This document shows positions 32,081 to 43,146 of a stretch of 64,000 nt of DNA, in pieces. The DNA comes from an uncultured Clostridia bacterium (GTDB lineage Bacteria; Bacillota; Clostridia; Christensenellales; CAG-314): contig CANOTO010000004.1 in assembly GCA_947570215.1 (NCBI GenBank), positions 92,522-156,521 of the forward strand, given 5' to 3'. The notes under the pieces were generated by a model. It saw only the letters and a list, made by a program, of their open reading frames with translations, did no database searches and had not been told where the DNA came from. The translations under genes and the position numbers were made by a program. Numbering within the stretch: position 1 is the stretch's first letter; every line of letters begins with the position of its first letter.

Positions 32081-32965
32081 CATAAATATTTTAACAAGGA
32101 CAAAGCCGAGTATAGTAGCGACCGCCGACTGAACAATTTTCATTTTGATTATATCCAAGGGGTTTACTTGCTTTTTACCTAAAAAAGCATAGCATTGCGC
32201 GAAAACGCATAATCCGCCGAAGGACAGCAGGGTACTGCATAGCACTGTGGCTGTAGCCAAGTCCGTGCCGGCGCATACGCCGAATATTCCGTTGGTCATT
32301 TCAAATATGCCGATTGCGAAAGAGACCGCAAGACTGTCGCGAATACCTATCGGCAAAAAACTTTTTATCATATCGGACAGCATATAAAATATAGCGATAA
32401 GTCCGCCGACGGATATTACCGATAAAGCCGAATCGGTTATTACGTCGCCGAGATCGGACGGCTTGAGCGATTGTGCAAATTGGATATTGCCGTTGCTTTT
32501 CGATTTGCGAAATATCAAGCCGTTTATTATGAGCGACAAGAAATGCACCGTAATCAATATAACCGTTGCAGTGGTGTTTTGCAGCAGTTTTGCGCCTACT
32601 GTTCCTATCATAAATATCGGTCCTGCCGACGAGCAAAAAGCGCAGGCCTTGGTTGCGGTTATAGTACTTGCGTCGCTGTCGCCGATAATTTTGGCTCCTA
32701 TCGGATAGCCGCACAGCAGGCTTGCGATAAAAACCGAATCACAGTCTATACAAAACAGTTTTTTAGAAAAAGATATTTTCGCTTTGGGGCGTACTTTAAG
32801 AGCTAACGTAGTCAATACCGTAAAGGGAAATATGGCGGGCAATACGTTGTATGCCCAAACCGTAATGCCGTCGAAAAAGCTTTGCATATATTTTGACGGC
32901 GCGGAAATAAATATCCCCAGTACGATTAGAAAAGCGGCGATAGCGGTTATTCGTAAGGTTTTCAC
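32078..32965 (-). CDS. ylbJ: YlbJ-like nucleoside-recognition-domain integral membrane protein
   Basis: Polytopic membrane protein. Conserved position next to rsmD-coaD and ylbM, as in Bacillus. Confidence 0.65.
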   Translation of the reverse strand: MKTLRITAIAAFLIVLGIFISAPSKYMQSFFDGITVWAYNVLPAIFPFTVLTTLALKVRPKAKISFSKKLFCIDCDSVFIASLLCGYPIGAKIIGDSDASTITATKACAFCSSAGPIFMIGTVGAKLLQNTTATVILITVHFLSLIINGLIFRKSKSNGNIQFAQSLKPSDLGDVITDSALSVISVGGLIAIFYMLSDMIKSFLPIGIRDSLAVSFAIGIFEMTNGIFGVCAGTDLATATVLCSTLLSFGGLCVFAQCYAFLGKKQVNPLDIIKMKIVQSAVATILGFVLVKIFM

Positions 32966-33185
32966 GATTTAATGTATTATTATAAACTGGAATATATGAA
33001 TAATAATACGCGATTGCATCGTCTCATCCGTATTTATATAATACTATTGCACACATAGTAATGTATTTTGTGATGATAAAGCTGAATTATTGTGTAGAAC
33101 ACGCAAGAATTATCTATAAAACAAAACATAATCTTAAACTGCAGAGTAAGCTTAGTGCGAATGTTCTGAGCGTCGATTGTAATTA

Positions 33186-34235
33186 TTAAAAAATTTTTGT
33201 AAGCTTTTTCGGCGGTTTGGCGGCAGACATAGAGTAGTACAGTCTGTCTGCTTTAAGCGTTAATTCGTCCGATTCGCAGTCTAATCCGCGTAATAATGCG
33301 GTTGCCGATTCGTTTACCGCAAGAGCTTTAATCGGTATATGAGCTTTTTTTGACAAGCGTACTTTGTCTTTGGTCACAAACAGCACAGAGTTGAGAACGA
33401 TACGCTGTAACTTCATTCGGGTGTATCGTTTGGTTTTTATTATATCCAGCATTGCGTCGTATCCGTTGGATTTGTCGGCATTGAAAATTCTGTTTTCCAA
33501 TCCTTCCGTTACGCCTTCGATTTCTCTTAACTGATCCGCTGTCATAACGGATATCGCATGCGCAGCATACTCTTTGTATTTGCCTTCTATCCCGTCGTCT
33601 ATATCCGATGTAACGTAGTCGAAGGAATAGCGGTCGCGTTCGTCGGCGTTTTTTCGTAAATATCCCGAAGATGCATAATTATCCGGCTCTCCGTTGAAGT
33701 TGTTCTCGCGCTTTACCGTAATGGGCATAATATTCGATTTGAGCGATTGTAAGGCTTTGATATATTCGATTGCAAGTACGTTATTGGGTTGATTTAATAC
33801 GTCCGAAGCTAACGCTTCGGAAACTGCCCTGGGATAGCTTACTCCCGTGGTCATTATGCGCGCTATTCGGTTATTAACGCTTTCGTCCGTTAAAATGTCG
33901 GCGCATCGTCGTAATTCTTCGATATCTCCGCATTCGCTTCCGAACACTAAACAGTCGACGGCAAGCTTGTCGGCAATCGCAACTCCGCCGTAGGCAAAGT
34001 TTTCCGCCGAAGCCGTCGCGTAAACCGTAGGAAGCTCTACTACAAGATCCGCGCCCGCTTTTATAGCGTGCGTAGCGCGCAAATATTTGTCACAGCAAGC
34101 GGGCATTCCGCGCTGTGTAAAGTTTCCGCTCATTATGCAAATAACTTTGTCCGAAATAGTCTTTGCGTAGTCAATCAATTTTTTGTGTCCCGAATGCAGC
34201 GGATTAAATTCGCAAATTATTGCCGTCGTTTTCAT
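33186..34235 (-). CDS. tmcAL: tRNA(Met) cytidine acetate ligase TmcAL (YlbM/UPF0348)
   Basis: N-terminal ICEFNPLHSGH nucleotidyltransferase motif. 349 aa. Confidence 0.8.
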   Translation of the reverse strand: MKTTAIICEFNPLHSGHKKLIDYAKTISDKVICIMSGNFTQRGMPACCDKYLRATHAIKAGADLVVELPTVYATASAENFAYGGVAIADKLAVDCLVFGSECGDIEELRRCADILTDESVNNRIARIMTTGVSYPRAVSEALASDVLNQPNNVLAIEYIKALQSLKSNIMPITVKRENNFNGEPDNYASSGYLRKNADERDRYSFDYVTSDIDDGIEGKYKEYAAHAISVMTADQLREIEGVTEGLENRIFNADKSNGYDAMLDIIKTKRYTRMKLQRIVLNSVLFVTKDKVRLSKKAHIPIKALAVNESATALLRGLDCESDELTLKADRLYYSMSAAKPPKKLTKIF

Positions 34236-34481
34236 TTTGTTTCCTGTTAGTATATTTTGTTTACAATGTTGCTTTGTTATGATATAATAAAACCGATTTG
34301 GGCTCCGACAATTCGCCTGAATAAATATTAAATGCGACGTACTGTTTTGCGGTTGGTATTACGCGCTTTTATTATTTGATTTTCAGTTCGGGCGTTTCTA
34401 TTTTGTCTGACCGAGTGAATGCGTCAAATGTATTATACACAAAAAAAGCCGATAAATAAAGTGTTTTATGAGGAGTAAATT

Positions 34482-35477
34482 ATGAACGTTTTGGAACAAA
34501 TCAAGAAAAAGGCGTCAAGTCTTAACAAAACCATAGTCTTATGCGAAGGCGAAGACAGCCGCGTTGTAAAAGCCGCGGAAATGGCGACAAAGGAAGGAAT
34601 TGCCAAAATAGTGCTTTTGGGCGACGGGGACGCTATTAGAAAAGCCAACCCTGACATCGACCTTGCGGGCGTTTCGATAGTTAATCCGCTAACGGACGAC
34701 AGAGTGTCCGCATATAACGCCAAGCTGTGCGAGCTGCGCGCAAGCAAGGGTATGACCCCCGATCAGGCTGCGGAACTATTGAGGGACGGAACGTATTTCG
34801 GAGCGATGATGCTGAAAATGGGAGACGTTGACGGACTCGTATCCGGAGCGTGTCATTCTACGGCTAATACTTTACGCCCCGGACTGCAAATTATCAAAAC
34901 CGCTCCCGGCTGCTCTGCGGTGTCGAGCTTTAACCTGATGATTTGTCCGCCGCAGGGTAACGAGTATTGCCCCGACGGATTGGTGGTATTTGCCGATTGC
35001 GGACTTAATCCTACGTATACGTCGGAAGGTCTTGCCGACTGTGCCATAGCTACCGCGCGTTCGGCGCAGGCAATAGCGGGCATAGAACCGCGCGTGGCAA
35101 TGCTGTCATTTTCCTCCAAGGGAAGCGCTAAGCACGATAACGTTACGTACGTTGCGGAAGCTACGCGCATAGCGAAGGAAAAAGCTCCAGATATAAAATT
35201 GGACGGCGAACTGCAATTCGACGCGGCAATAGTTCCTGCCGTAGGCGAGATGAAGGCGAAAGGCAGCACAGTAGCAGGGCATGCAAACGTATTTATATTC
35301 CCCGATTTGCAGTCCGGCAATATCGGTTATAAAATTGCAGAGCGCTTGGGCGGATTTATGGCTGTCGGCCCTATTTGTCAAGGCTTTGCAAAGCCGCTTA
35401 ACGATTTGTCGCGCGGTTGTAAAGCGGAAGATATAGTGGGAGCTATTGCTATTACCGTTCTTCAAACGCAATTATAA
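34482..35477 (+). CDS. pta: Phosphate acetyltransferase
   Basis: PTA_PTB family pattern (VSGACHSTANTLRP, FPDLQSGNIGYK). Precedes ackA. Confidence 0.92.
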   Translation: MNVLEQIKKKASSLNKTIVLCEGEDSRVVKAAEMATKEGIAKIVLLGDGDAIRKANPDIDLAGVSIVNPLTDDRVSAYNAKLCELRASKGMTPDQAAELLRDGTYFGAMMLKMGDVDGLVSGACHSTANTLRPGLQIIKTAPGCSAVSSFNLMICPPQGNEYCPDGLVVFADCGLNPTYTSEGLADCAIATARSAQAIAGIEPRVAMLSFSSKGSAKHDNVTYVAEATRIAKEKAPDIKLDGELQFDAAIVPAVGEMKAKGSTVAGHANVFIFPDLQSGNIGYKIAERLGGFMAVGPICQGFAKPLNDLSRGCKAEDIVGAIAITVLQTQL

Positions 35478-35495
35478 TATACGGGGTGGAGTAAA

Positions 35496-36698
35496 ATGAA
35501 AATTCTTGTAATAAACTCTGGAAGTTCTTCGCTTAAATATCAACTTATCGATATGGAAACGGAGAGCGTACTTGCTAAAGGCAATTGCGAACGTATCGGT
35601 ATCGCCCACTCTAACTTTATATATAAAGCTTGCGGGCAATGTATCGAACAGGAAATAGATATGCCCAACCACAACGTCGCCGTCAAGCTTGTTCTTGCTA
35701 AGCTTACGGATAAAAATGTAGGCGTAATATCGTCTATGGCGGAAATCGACGGAGTGGGGCATAGGGTAGTAGCTTCGGGCGAAGCGTTCAAAAAGCCGAC
35801 TTTGGTCACGCCGAAGTCTATGGAGCTCATGGAGGAAATCAAGGACTTGGCGCCTTTACATAATCCCGCCGCAATAGTTGGAATAAAGGCTTGCCTTGCG
35901 GAAATGCCCGATACGCCTATGGTTCTTGTTTTCGATACCGGTTTTCATTTTACAATGCCGGATTACGCGTATATGTACGCTATCGACTATGCCCATTACG
36001 AAAAGTATCATATACGTCGCTACGGAGCGCACGGAACAAGTCACAAATTCGTAGCGCAGGAAGCGGCTAAATATCTCGGCAAGGATATTAAAGATTTGAA
36101 GATTATTACTTGCCATCTCGGTAACGGATCGTCCATTACGGCAGTTAAGGGCGGCAAATGCATAGATACGTCTATGGGCTTTACCCCGCTTGCGGGCGTT
36201 CCTATGGGGACACGCAGCGGAGATATAGACTATTCCGCCGCGGAATATCTTGCAAAAAAAGAAGGTATGACCGTGTCTGAAACTTTGACGTATCTCAACA
36301 AGAAATGCGGAGTTTTGGGTGTTTCCGGCGTGTCGTCCGATTTCAGGGATTTGTCCGATGCGGCCAATAACGGTAATAAGCGCGCGGAACTTGCGCTGAA
36401 TATGTTTGCTTACGGCACAAAGAAATATATCGGAGCGTACACAGCGGCATTGAACGGTGTGGACGCGATAGTGTTTACCGCCGGTATCGGAGAAAACGAC
36501 AGCGCGGTGCGCAGCAAAGCTTTGCAGGATTTGGATGGTCTCGGTATTGTATTGGATGAGAAGAAGAATACCCATTGTCCGCGCGGAACAATTGCCGAGA
36601 TACAGGCTGAGCAGTCTAAGGTCAAGGTTTTGGTTATTCCCACTAACGAAGAATTGGTTATCGCGCGCGAAACAATGATTGAAGCAAAGTTGGGCTAA
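35496..36698 (+). CDS. ackA: Acetate kinase
   Basis: MKILVINSGSSSLKYQL N-terminus and further AckA signatures. Confidence 0.95.
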   Translation: MKILVINSGSSSLKYQLIDMETESVLAKGNCERIGIAHSNFIYKACGQCIEQEIDMPNHNVAVKLVLAKLTDKNVGVISSMAEIDGVGHRVVASGEAFKKPTLVTPKSMELMEEIKDLAPLHNPAAIVGIKACLAEMPDTPMVLVFDTGFHFTMPDYAYMYAIDYAHYEKYHIRRYGAHGTSHKFVAQEAAKYLGKDIKDLKIITCHLGNGSSITAVKGGKCIDTSMGFTPLAGVPMGTRSGDIDYSAAEYLAKKEGMTVSETLTYLNKKCGVLGVSGVSSDFRDLSDAANNGNKRAELALNMFAYGTKKYIGAYTAALNGVDAIVFTAGIGENDSAVRSKALQDLDGLGIVLDEKKNTHCPRGTIAEIQAEQSKVKVLVIPTNEELVIARETMIEAKLG

Positions 36699-36737
36699 AC
36701 CGTTGACAAAACGTTTGCAAGTTTGTATAATAGTTAA

Positions 36738-37235
36738 GTGTCTGAAATAATTGTTATCGATTTGACGGAGAATATGTCTAACGTAGGCGTTCCTTTACCG
36801 TTTTTAGGCGAGTATTCGTTGGGGAGCAACATGTTGACATACCCGAACGCCGTGTTGGAAAAAGTAGTAACGCGATTTGACGTTACGTTTCTCGATCCTA
36901 ACGTTCAAGTGGAGGGTGTAATAACTTGTTACGTACGAGGCTATTGCGATCGTTGTCTTGTACCTGTAAGCAAACAAATCGATTTACTTTTTAGCCAGAT
37001 TTTCTATAAGGATAGCGCCGAATACGACGACGGTTACGCGTATTATAACAGTAAGCTTGACGCGACTAAGGCGATAGAAGACGAAATTATATTGTCTATG
37101 CCGAGTTTGTTGCTGTGTAACGACGACTGCAAGGGGTTGTGTCCTAAATGCGGAAGCAATCTCAATGAGAGTCGGTGTAATTGCGATACGACGAGAGATA
37201 ATCCGTTTAGCGCGCTTAAAAATCTAAAATTCTAA
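36738..37235 (+). CDS. yceD: YceD/DUF177 family protein (large-subunit rRNA accumulation)
   Basis: C-terminal CxxC...CxxC. Immediately upstream of rpmF. GTG start. Confidence 0.8.
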   Translation: MSEIIVIDLTENMSNVGVPLPFLGEYSLGSNMLTYPNAVLEKVVTRFDVTFLDPNVQVEGVITCYVRGYCDRCLVPVSKQIDLLFSQIFYKDSAEYDDGYAYYNSKLDATKAIEDEIILSMPSLLLCNDDCKGLCPKCGSNLNESRCNCDTTRDNPFSALKNLKF

Positions 37236-37250
37236 CGGAGGTGCATTACT

Positions 37251-37439
37251 ATGGCAGTACCCAAGAGAAAAGTATCAAAACAAAGAAAGCACAAGAGAGC
37301 GGCTAACTGGACGGCTTCGGCTTCTGTTTTGGTAGAATGTCCGCAATGCCACGAACTTAAAGTTTCTCACAAAGTTTGCGACGCGTGCGGATACTACGAC
37401 GGAAAACAAGTTGTAGAAGTCTCGGCAGAAAGCAAGTAA
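37251..37439 (+). CDS. rpmF: 50S ribosomal protein L32
   Basis: MAVPKRKVSK N-terminus and a CPQC...CDAC zinc ribbon. Confidence 0.95.
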   Translation: MAVPKRKVSKQRKHKRAANWTASASVLVECPQCHELKVSHKVCDACGYYDGKQVVEVSAESK

Positions 37440-37466
37440 TAGAGTTTTTTATAATCGGTTTTAAGT

Positions 37467-37497
37467 CCTTCGGTCATCCTTGACCGAAGGCTTTTTA
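37467..37497 (+). terminator. Intrinsic terminator after rpmF
   Basis: 10-bp stem CCTTCGGTCA/TGACCGAAGG followed by a T5 run. Confidence 0.75.
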
Positions 37498-37602
37498 TTT
37501 GTGAAACAATTGCATTATTATGTTATATTTCGTGAAACATATACGCTTTTTTCTCTATTTTATTGCCAAAGTAGTTTTAATATAGTATAATCAATAATTA
37601 TA

Positions 37603-38328
37603 ATGCCGTGTTATGCGGAGCTGCATCATCGCAGATCGGAGCGGAAATTGCAAATAAATTACGAAGAAATCGAAAGCAAACTGCAATATCGGTTTAACGA
37701 CAGAGGTTTGCTGTTGCGGGCGTTTACTCATTCTTCTTATGCAAACGTCGAAAATTTGCCCGATAACGAGCGAATGGAATTCTTGGGCGACTCCATAATG
37801 GATATGATTGTGTCCGAATACTATTACGACGCGTATCCCGATCGCAGCGCGGGCGAATTGTCGGTTATGCGTTCCAACGTAGTGTCTGCAGACGGTTTGC
37901 GTCCGATAGTTGACGGCATGGATTTGCTAAAATATCTACAGGTTAGCAACGGCTCTAAAGGGATAAAAAACCTGTCCAAAAAAATCGAATCCAATTTGTT
38001 TGAAGCGATAGTGTGCGCTATTTATTCGGACGGCGGCTTGGATGCCGCGCGCGGTTTTGTGCTGCGAGTAATGAAGTCCGCATTGACCGATGCCGCAACG
38101 GTATCTCGTAAGGATGACAAAACTTTGCTTCAAGAATACTGTCAAAAAAACCGTTTGCCTATTCCGCAATACAAATTGATGGAGCGTAACGGCGCGGATA
38201 ACGACCCCAATTATAAATACGGATTGTATATACAAGGTAAGCTTGTCGGCTTCGGCGAAGGTCATAACAAGAAATCCGCCGAACAGGACGCTGCGAAAAA
38301 AATTGTAACCAAATGGAGAATTAAGTAG
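37603..38328 (+). CDS. rnc: Ribonuclease III
   Basis: RNase III signature ERMEFLGDS and a dsRBD C-terminus. A likelier start is TTG 37648 (GGAG 6 nt upstream). Confidence 0.9.
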   Translation: MPCYAELHHRRSERKLQINYEEIESKLQYRFNDRGLLLRAFTHSSYANVENLPDNERMEFLGDSIMDMIVSEYYYDAYPDRSAGELSVMRSNVVSADGLRPIVDGMDLLKYLQVSNGSKGIKNLSKKIESNLFEAIVCAIYSDGGLDAARGFVLRVMKSALTDAATVSRKDDKTLLQEYCQKNRLPIPQYKLMERNGADNDPNYKYGLYIQGKLVGFGEGHNKKSAEQDAAKKIVTKWRIK

Positions 38329-41300
38329 TGCTGTATCTTAAAAAAATTGAAATGTACGGTTTTAAGAGCTTTGCCGACAAAGTCGAATTGAAGTTCGATC
38401 AGCCCATTACCGGTATAGTAGGACCTAACGGCTGCGGCAAAAGCAATATTTCCGACTCTATACGTTGGGTTTTGGGCGAACAAAGCACAAAGAACCTGCG
38501 CGGTAAGCTTATGCAGGACCTGATTTTTAACGGAACGGATACCCGTAAATCTATGAGCTATTGCGAAGTGTCGTTGTTTTTTGACAATACGACGCGTATT
38601 TTTCCTATTGCTATGGACGAAATTATTATCAGTCGTAAGCTGTACCGCAGTAACGAGAGCGAGTATCTTCTCAATCGCAACGTAGTGCGTCTGCGCGATA
38701 TAGTGGAGCTGCTGCGCGGCGTTGGACTCGGTAAAGAAGGGTATTCGATTGTCGGACAGGGACGTATGGACGCGGTGCTCAACGCCCGACCGGAAGACAG
38801 GCGGGCTATATTCGAAGAAGCGTTGGGAATTTCTACATTCCGCATTAAAAAGGTGGATACGGAACGTAAGCTGGAAAAAACTCGCGGTAATATGCAGAAC
38901 ATTATGATTCTCGTAGAAGAATTGAAGCATCGTTTACCGGAGCTGAAACGACAATCAACCAACGCTAAAAAATATCTCGCTATTTATGACGAATTGAAAT
39001 TATGCGAAATTAACGCGTACATTTACGGCTACGATCATGCAAGCCAAGATAAAGAAAACGGCAAAAAGCGTTTGGAAGGACTGAGAGAAGAATATTCTTT
39101 GAAGGAGACGCAATACGTAGACGTTAACGAGCGTTACGACGATATGTTTCACCGACGTAACGGTATCGACGATGAGATAGCTGCGCTGCGTGACAAGCAA
39201 CTGTCCTTAGCCGTGGAATCGGAAAAGAAACAGGGCGCTAAAAACCTTATTCAGGAGCGTATCAACGGTTGCTTGCGCGATATTCAGGCGAAAGAAGAAC
39301 AAATTGCTGCAAATAAAGAAGAAGCGGAAAACTTGCAAGAAGCCGATATAAAAATTGCTACGATACTGCTTAAACGTAACGAAGAACGGCGTGACCTTGA
39401 AAAGGAAATTTCCGACGTAAATAAGCAGTTCGCCGAAATAGGCGCTAAAGTCGACGAAATTAACGCGCAGGCGGAAAATTACCGTAAAAAGTTGGACGAA
39501 ACCGTTGCCGCAACGTCCGATTGTAACAGCAAGTCGGCTTCCTATCAAGCGGAAAGCACGTCGCTTAAAGAGCGGTTAGAGCGCATTGCCGTTCAAGAGG
39601 AAGAATTGATGCGTAAGCTGCAGGCTTCGTCGGGCGAAGAAGGCGACTTGATGGCGCGCTTTGACGCGCTGAAAAAAGAAAAAGACAGACTTGCGGTAGA
39701 TTCCAATCAATTGAAACAAAAGATTAAAGATTTGGAGTTTAAGCAATTCGAGCTTAACAAGGAGTTGCAGCGTAAGCATCAGGCGTATTCCGGAGAAAAA
39801 GGCGGAATAGAAATGCTAAAGGATTTCTCGGATAACTACAAGGGGTATCAGGCGAGCGTGCAGTACTTAATGCAGGATTCCAAGCGCGATCGAGAGCTTG
39901 CGTCGCATATTTCCGGAGTAGTGGCCAATCTTATTAAAGTGGAACCGCGTTTGCAGCTTGCAATAGAAACGGCTCTCGGCGGAAGACTGCAAAATATCGT
40001 TACGGAAAATGAAGAAGACGTTAAATATTTGATTAACTATCTCAAAATAAACGATTACGGCAAGGCTACGTTTTTACCTGTCAGTTCGATGAAGCCGCAC
40101 GGAATAGATCGAGCCGAAGTTCTGTCCGAACAAGGCGTTTTAGGCGTGGCAAGCGATCTTGTATCCTTTGATAGGCATTATTCCAACGTGTTCGAATCGT
40201 TGCTCGGCGGTATAGTTATCGTCGATAACTTCGATAACGCAGTAAAACTAAGCCGTAAGTACCGTTATTGTCACCGTATGGTAACGTTGACTGGCGAACG
40301 TGTTTCCAACGACGGTTCGCTCGAAGGCGGAAGCGTACGCAAGCAATCTACGGGCAATCTGCTTTCCTACGAAACTCAAATAGCCGAACGTACCGAAAAA
40401 CTTAAACGTTTGGAAAAAGATTTGCAGCAAGCGGAAGAAGAAAAAGCCAAGTTGGACGCCGCATTGGAAGAAACGCGCGCGACTAATAACAAACTGTCGG
40501 ATAATATAAATCTTCTCAATATCGAAATTGCCACCGCAAAGGAAAAAATCGAAACCTCCAACACGCTTAGCAATTCCGACAAGAAGAATATTTTGGGGTT
40601 GTCTGAAGAAAAGAACAGAATAACGGCAAGACTTGCAGTGTTGGAGCAGCTATTGCAAAAGAACGAAGTGCGTTTACAGGAGCTTGCCGCTGCCGAAGCT
40701 CAGGTTCGTGCAAAGATGGAGCATTTACGCGAAACCTCCCAAGCCGAAATTACTGCGAAGGACGGGATATCCGTTTCGCTGTCCGACAGACGTTATCGTT
40801 TGGCTGTTTTGATAGCCAATATCGAAGCGTCGGAAAAGGAAATACGCTCCAATCAAGCGCAAATCGCCGCTCTCGAAGAAAGTAATCTATCCGCAGCCGC
40901 GTATGTCGAGCAAGTGCATAACGCTATCGACGGAATGTACCAGACGATGAACGAAACTATAGTAGATACCGCGTTGCAGGAAGAAATGACGGCGTTGACG
41001 GAGCAAATTGCTTCGTCGGGCAGCTTAAAGGCTCAATTAGACGCGGACTTCCAATGTTTGACGGACGACCGCATGCGCTTGTCTACCGAGTTGGAATCGC
41101 TTCGCGGAACAATCGACAAGGAAGAATACATTTTAAGCAAAATTGACGACGACTTGCTTCAATTGCAGCAAAAGGTACAGGAAGAATACGGCATTACCTA
41201 TTCTGCGGCAATGCAGTACAAGGATGAGAATTACGACAAGGACGCAGGTAAGGAGCGCATTTCCGAGTGCAAGCAGGCACTGTTAAAGTTGGGTAGCGTT

Positions 41301-41909
41301 AACGTAAACGCCATACAAGACCTTGAACAAACGCAGACGCGTTACGATGAATTACTTGCTCAAATCGAAGACTTGAAAAAGGCGGAAACCGACCTTAAAG
41401 GCGCGTTGAAAGGTTTAACCACGGATATCGAATCGCGCTTCGAAGAAGGTATGGCTAAGATTAACGAAAACTTCAAGATGATTTTCCGCGAGCTGTTTAA
41501 CGGCGGTAACGCGCGCTTGTACGTAGAAAATGACCCCAACAAGGAATCTCTCGACCAAGGCGTGGAAATCGAAGCGCAGCCTCCCGGAAAGAAATTGCAG
41601 AATATCTCGTTGCTGTCGGGCGGAGAGCGTACTATGACTGCGGCGGCTATACTGTTTTCTATATTGAAGTTTAATCCGATGCCTTTCTGCGTATTGGACG
41701 AAATAGAAGCGGCATTGGACGACGCTAACGCCGAAAGAATCGCCAAGTATCTGCGTAAATTCTCTACGTCGACGCAGTTCGTCGTTATTACGCACAAAAA
41801 GCCTACTATGGAAAATGCGGACGTGTTATACGGCGTAACTATGGAAGAAAAGGGCGTATCCAAGATAGTGTCGGTTAAATTAACGGAAGCTATTAAGCAA
41901 GCCATGTAG
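38328..41909 (+). CDS. smc: Chromosome segregation protein SMC
   Basis: Walker A GPNGCGKSN, long coiled coils, a hinge, and the C-terminal signature LSGGE plus Walker B LDEIEAALD. Confidence 0.95.
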   Translation: MLYLKKIEMYGFKSFADKVELKFDQPITGIVGPNGCGKSNISDSIRWVLGEQSTKNLRGKLMQDLIFNGTDTRKSMSYCEVSLFFDNTTRIFPIAMDEIIISRKLYRSNESEYLLNRNVVRLRDIVELLRGVGLGKEGYSIVGQGRMDAVLNARPEDRRAIFEEALGISTFRIKKVDTERKLEKTRGNMQNIMILVEELKHRLPELKRQSTNAKKYLAIYDELKLCEINAYIYGYDHASQDKENGKKRLEGLREEYSLKETQYVDVNERYDDMFHRRNGIDDEIAALRDKQLSLAVESEKKQGAKNLIQERINGCLRDIQAKEEQIAANKEEAENLQEADIKIATILLKRNEERRDLEKEISDVNKQFAEIGAKVDEINAQAENYRKKLDETVAATSDCNSKSASYQAESTSLKERLERIAVQEEELMRKLQASSGEEGDLMARFDALKKEKDRLAVDSNQLKQKIKDLEFKQFELNKELQRKHQAYSGEKGGIEMLKDFSDNYKGYQASVQYLMQDSKRDRELASHISGVVANLIKVEPRLQLAIETALGGRLQNIVTENEEDVKYLINYLKINDYGKATFLPVSSMKPHGIDRAEVLSEQGVLGVASDLVSFDRHYSNVFESLLGGIVIVDNFDNAVKLSRKYRYCHRMVTLTGERVSNDGSLEGGSVRKQSTGNLLSYETQIAERTEKLKRLEKDLQQAEEEKAKLDAALEETRATNNKLSDNINLLNIEIATAKEKIETSNTLSNSDKKNILGLSEEKNRITARLAVLEQLLQKNEVRLQELAAAEAQVRAKMEHLRETSQAEITAKDGISVSLSDRRYRLAVLIANIEASEKEIRSNQAQIAALEESNLSAAAYVEQVHNAIDGMYQTMNETIVDTALQEEMTALTEQIASSGSLKAQLDADFQCLTDDRMRLSTELESLRGTIDKEEYILSKIDDDLLQLQQKVQEEYGITYSAAMQYKDENYDKDAGKERISECKQALLKLGSVNVNAIQDLEQTQTRYDELLAQIEDLKKAETDLKGALKGLTTDIESRFEEGMAKINENFKMIFRELFNGGNARLYVENDPNKESLDQGVEIEAQPPGKKLQNISLLSGGERTMTAAAILFSILKFNPMPFCVLDEIEAALDDANAERIAKYLRKFSTSTQFVVITHKKPTMENADVLYGVTMEEKGVSKIVSVKLTEAIKQAM

Positions 41910-42132
41910 GTTTTGACGGCGTATATTAACGCATCTACTTTGTTAAGCGTCGGACTCACGCTCAATCACGTACCGTCAGTACGCTCATTCGCGTTCGCCT
42001 TGCTTGCCTGGTATCTGCGTCAATCTCCGCCGCCAAAACGGCACAATAAAAAGTAAAATTTGTGTTCTGCACATTATCGTTAAAATGGTGTTTGTATTTA
42101 GCAAATTTCTGTAAAAACAGGACGGTAATCTT

Positions 42133-43026
42133 ATGGGATTTTTTCAAAAAATAATAGACGGACTGCGCAAAACCAAGCAGCAAATCGGTTTTAAGCTTAA
42201 TGAGCTGTTCAAACGCGGAATATTCGACGAAGATTTTTACGAGGAATTAGAGTATATTTTGCTTGCAAGCGACGTAGGCGAAGACACGACGATTGATATC
42301 ATCAATGAGCTTCGCGAGCGTATGCGCCGCGATCGCGTATCCGACGCCAAGCAAGCCAATCAGTACCTAAAAGACGTTATGTGCGATATTTTGGGTGAAG
42401 AAAAGTTCGTGTTCGATACGCCCTGCGTAATTATGGTGGCAGGGGTGAACGGCGTAGGCAAGACTACTACGATAGGCAAATTGGCGAATATATTCGTTAA
42501 TAAAGGCAAATCCGTTGTTATAGCCGCTGCCGATACCTTTCGCGCCGCCGCAAGCGAACAATTGGAAGTATGGGCTAATAGAGCAAAAGTGCGTATTATC
42601 AAGCACGAAGAAGGCAGCGATCCCGCGGCGGTGGTATACGACGCAGTGCAGTCTGCAAAAAGCCGCGGTACGGATATTGTGCTTGTGGATACTGCAGGAC
42701 GACTGCATAACAAGAAAAACCTTATGGACGAGCTGTCCAAAATCAACCGCGTAGTCGATCGCGAATTTCCCGAGGCGAGCCGTCAAAACTTGATTGTGCT
42801 TGACGCTACCACGGGACAGAATGCCATACAGCAGGTGGACGTATTCAACGAGGCAATCGATATCGACGGCATAGTGCTGACAAAGCTCGACGGAACCGCA
42901 AAAGGCGGAGTGGTGCTTGCAATCAAACACGATATGGATATTCCCGTTTACTTTGTGGGCGTGGGCGAAGGTATAGACGACCTTATGGAATTTGATGCGG
43001 AAAGCTATGTTGAAGGGATAATTTGA
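42133..43026 (+). CDS. ftsY: Signal recognition particle receptor FtsY
   Basis: SRP GTPase motifs GVNGVGKTTT, DTAGR and TKLDG. Confidence 0.95.
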   Translation: MGFFQKIIDGLRKTKQQIGFKLNELFKRGIFDEDFYEELEYILLASDVGEDTTIDIINELRERMRRDRVSDAKQANQYLKDVMCDILGEEKFVFDTPCVIMVAGVNGVGKTTTIGKLANIFVNKGKSVVIAAADTFRAAASEQLEVWANRAKVRIIKHEEGSDPAAVVYDAVQSAKSRGTDIVLVDTAGRLHNKKNLMDELSKINRVVDREFPEASRQNLIVLDATTGQNAIQQVDVFNEAIDIDGIVLTKLDGTAKGGVVLAIKHDMDIPVYFVGVGEGIDDLMEFDAESYVEGII

Positions 43027-43146
43027 TTATGAACAAATTCTACAATGAAGAAAAAAATATGCTTGAAAACTATCCTGAAATAAGGGATGCAAGCCTGCGT
43101 AAAAAGCCGAGTTTTTCTGTTATTGTTAAAGAATATCGGTATTTGA

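Noticed and set aside
35856-36575. 239-aa minus-strand ORF. Similar long antisense ORFs lie at 38262-38930, 41360-41965, 49269-50015, 59650-60351 and 42367-42930.
   Set aside because: All lie inside well-supported + strand genes (ackA, smc, rbgA, hslU, ftsY). They have no RBS and a biased composition typical of shadow frames.
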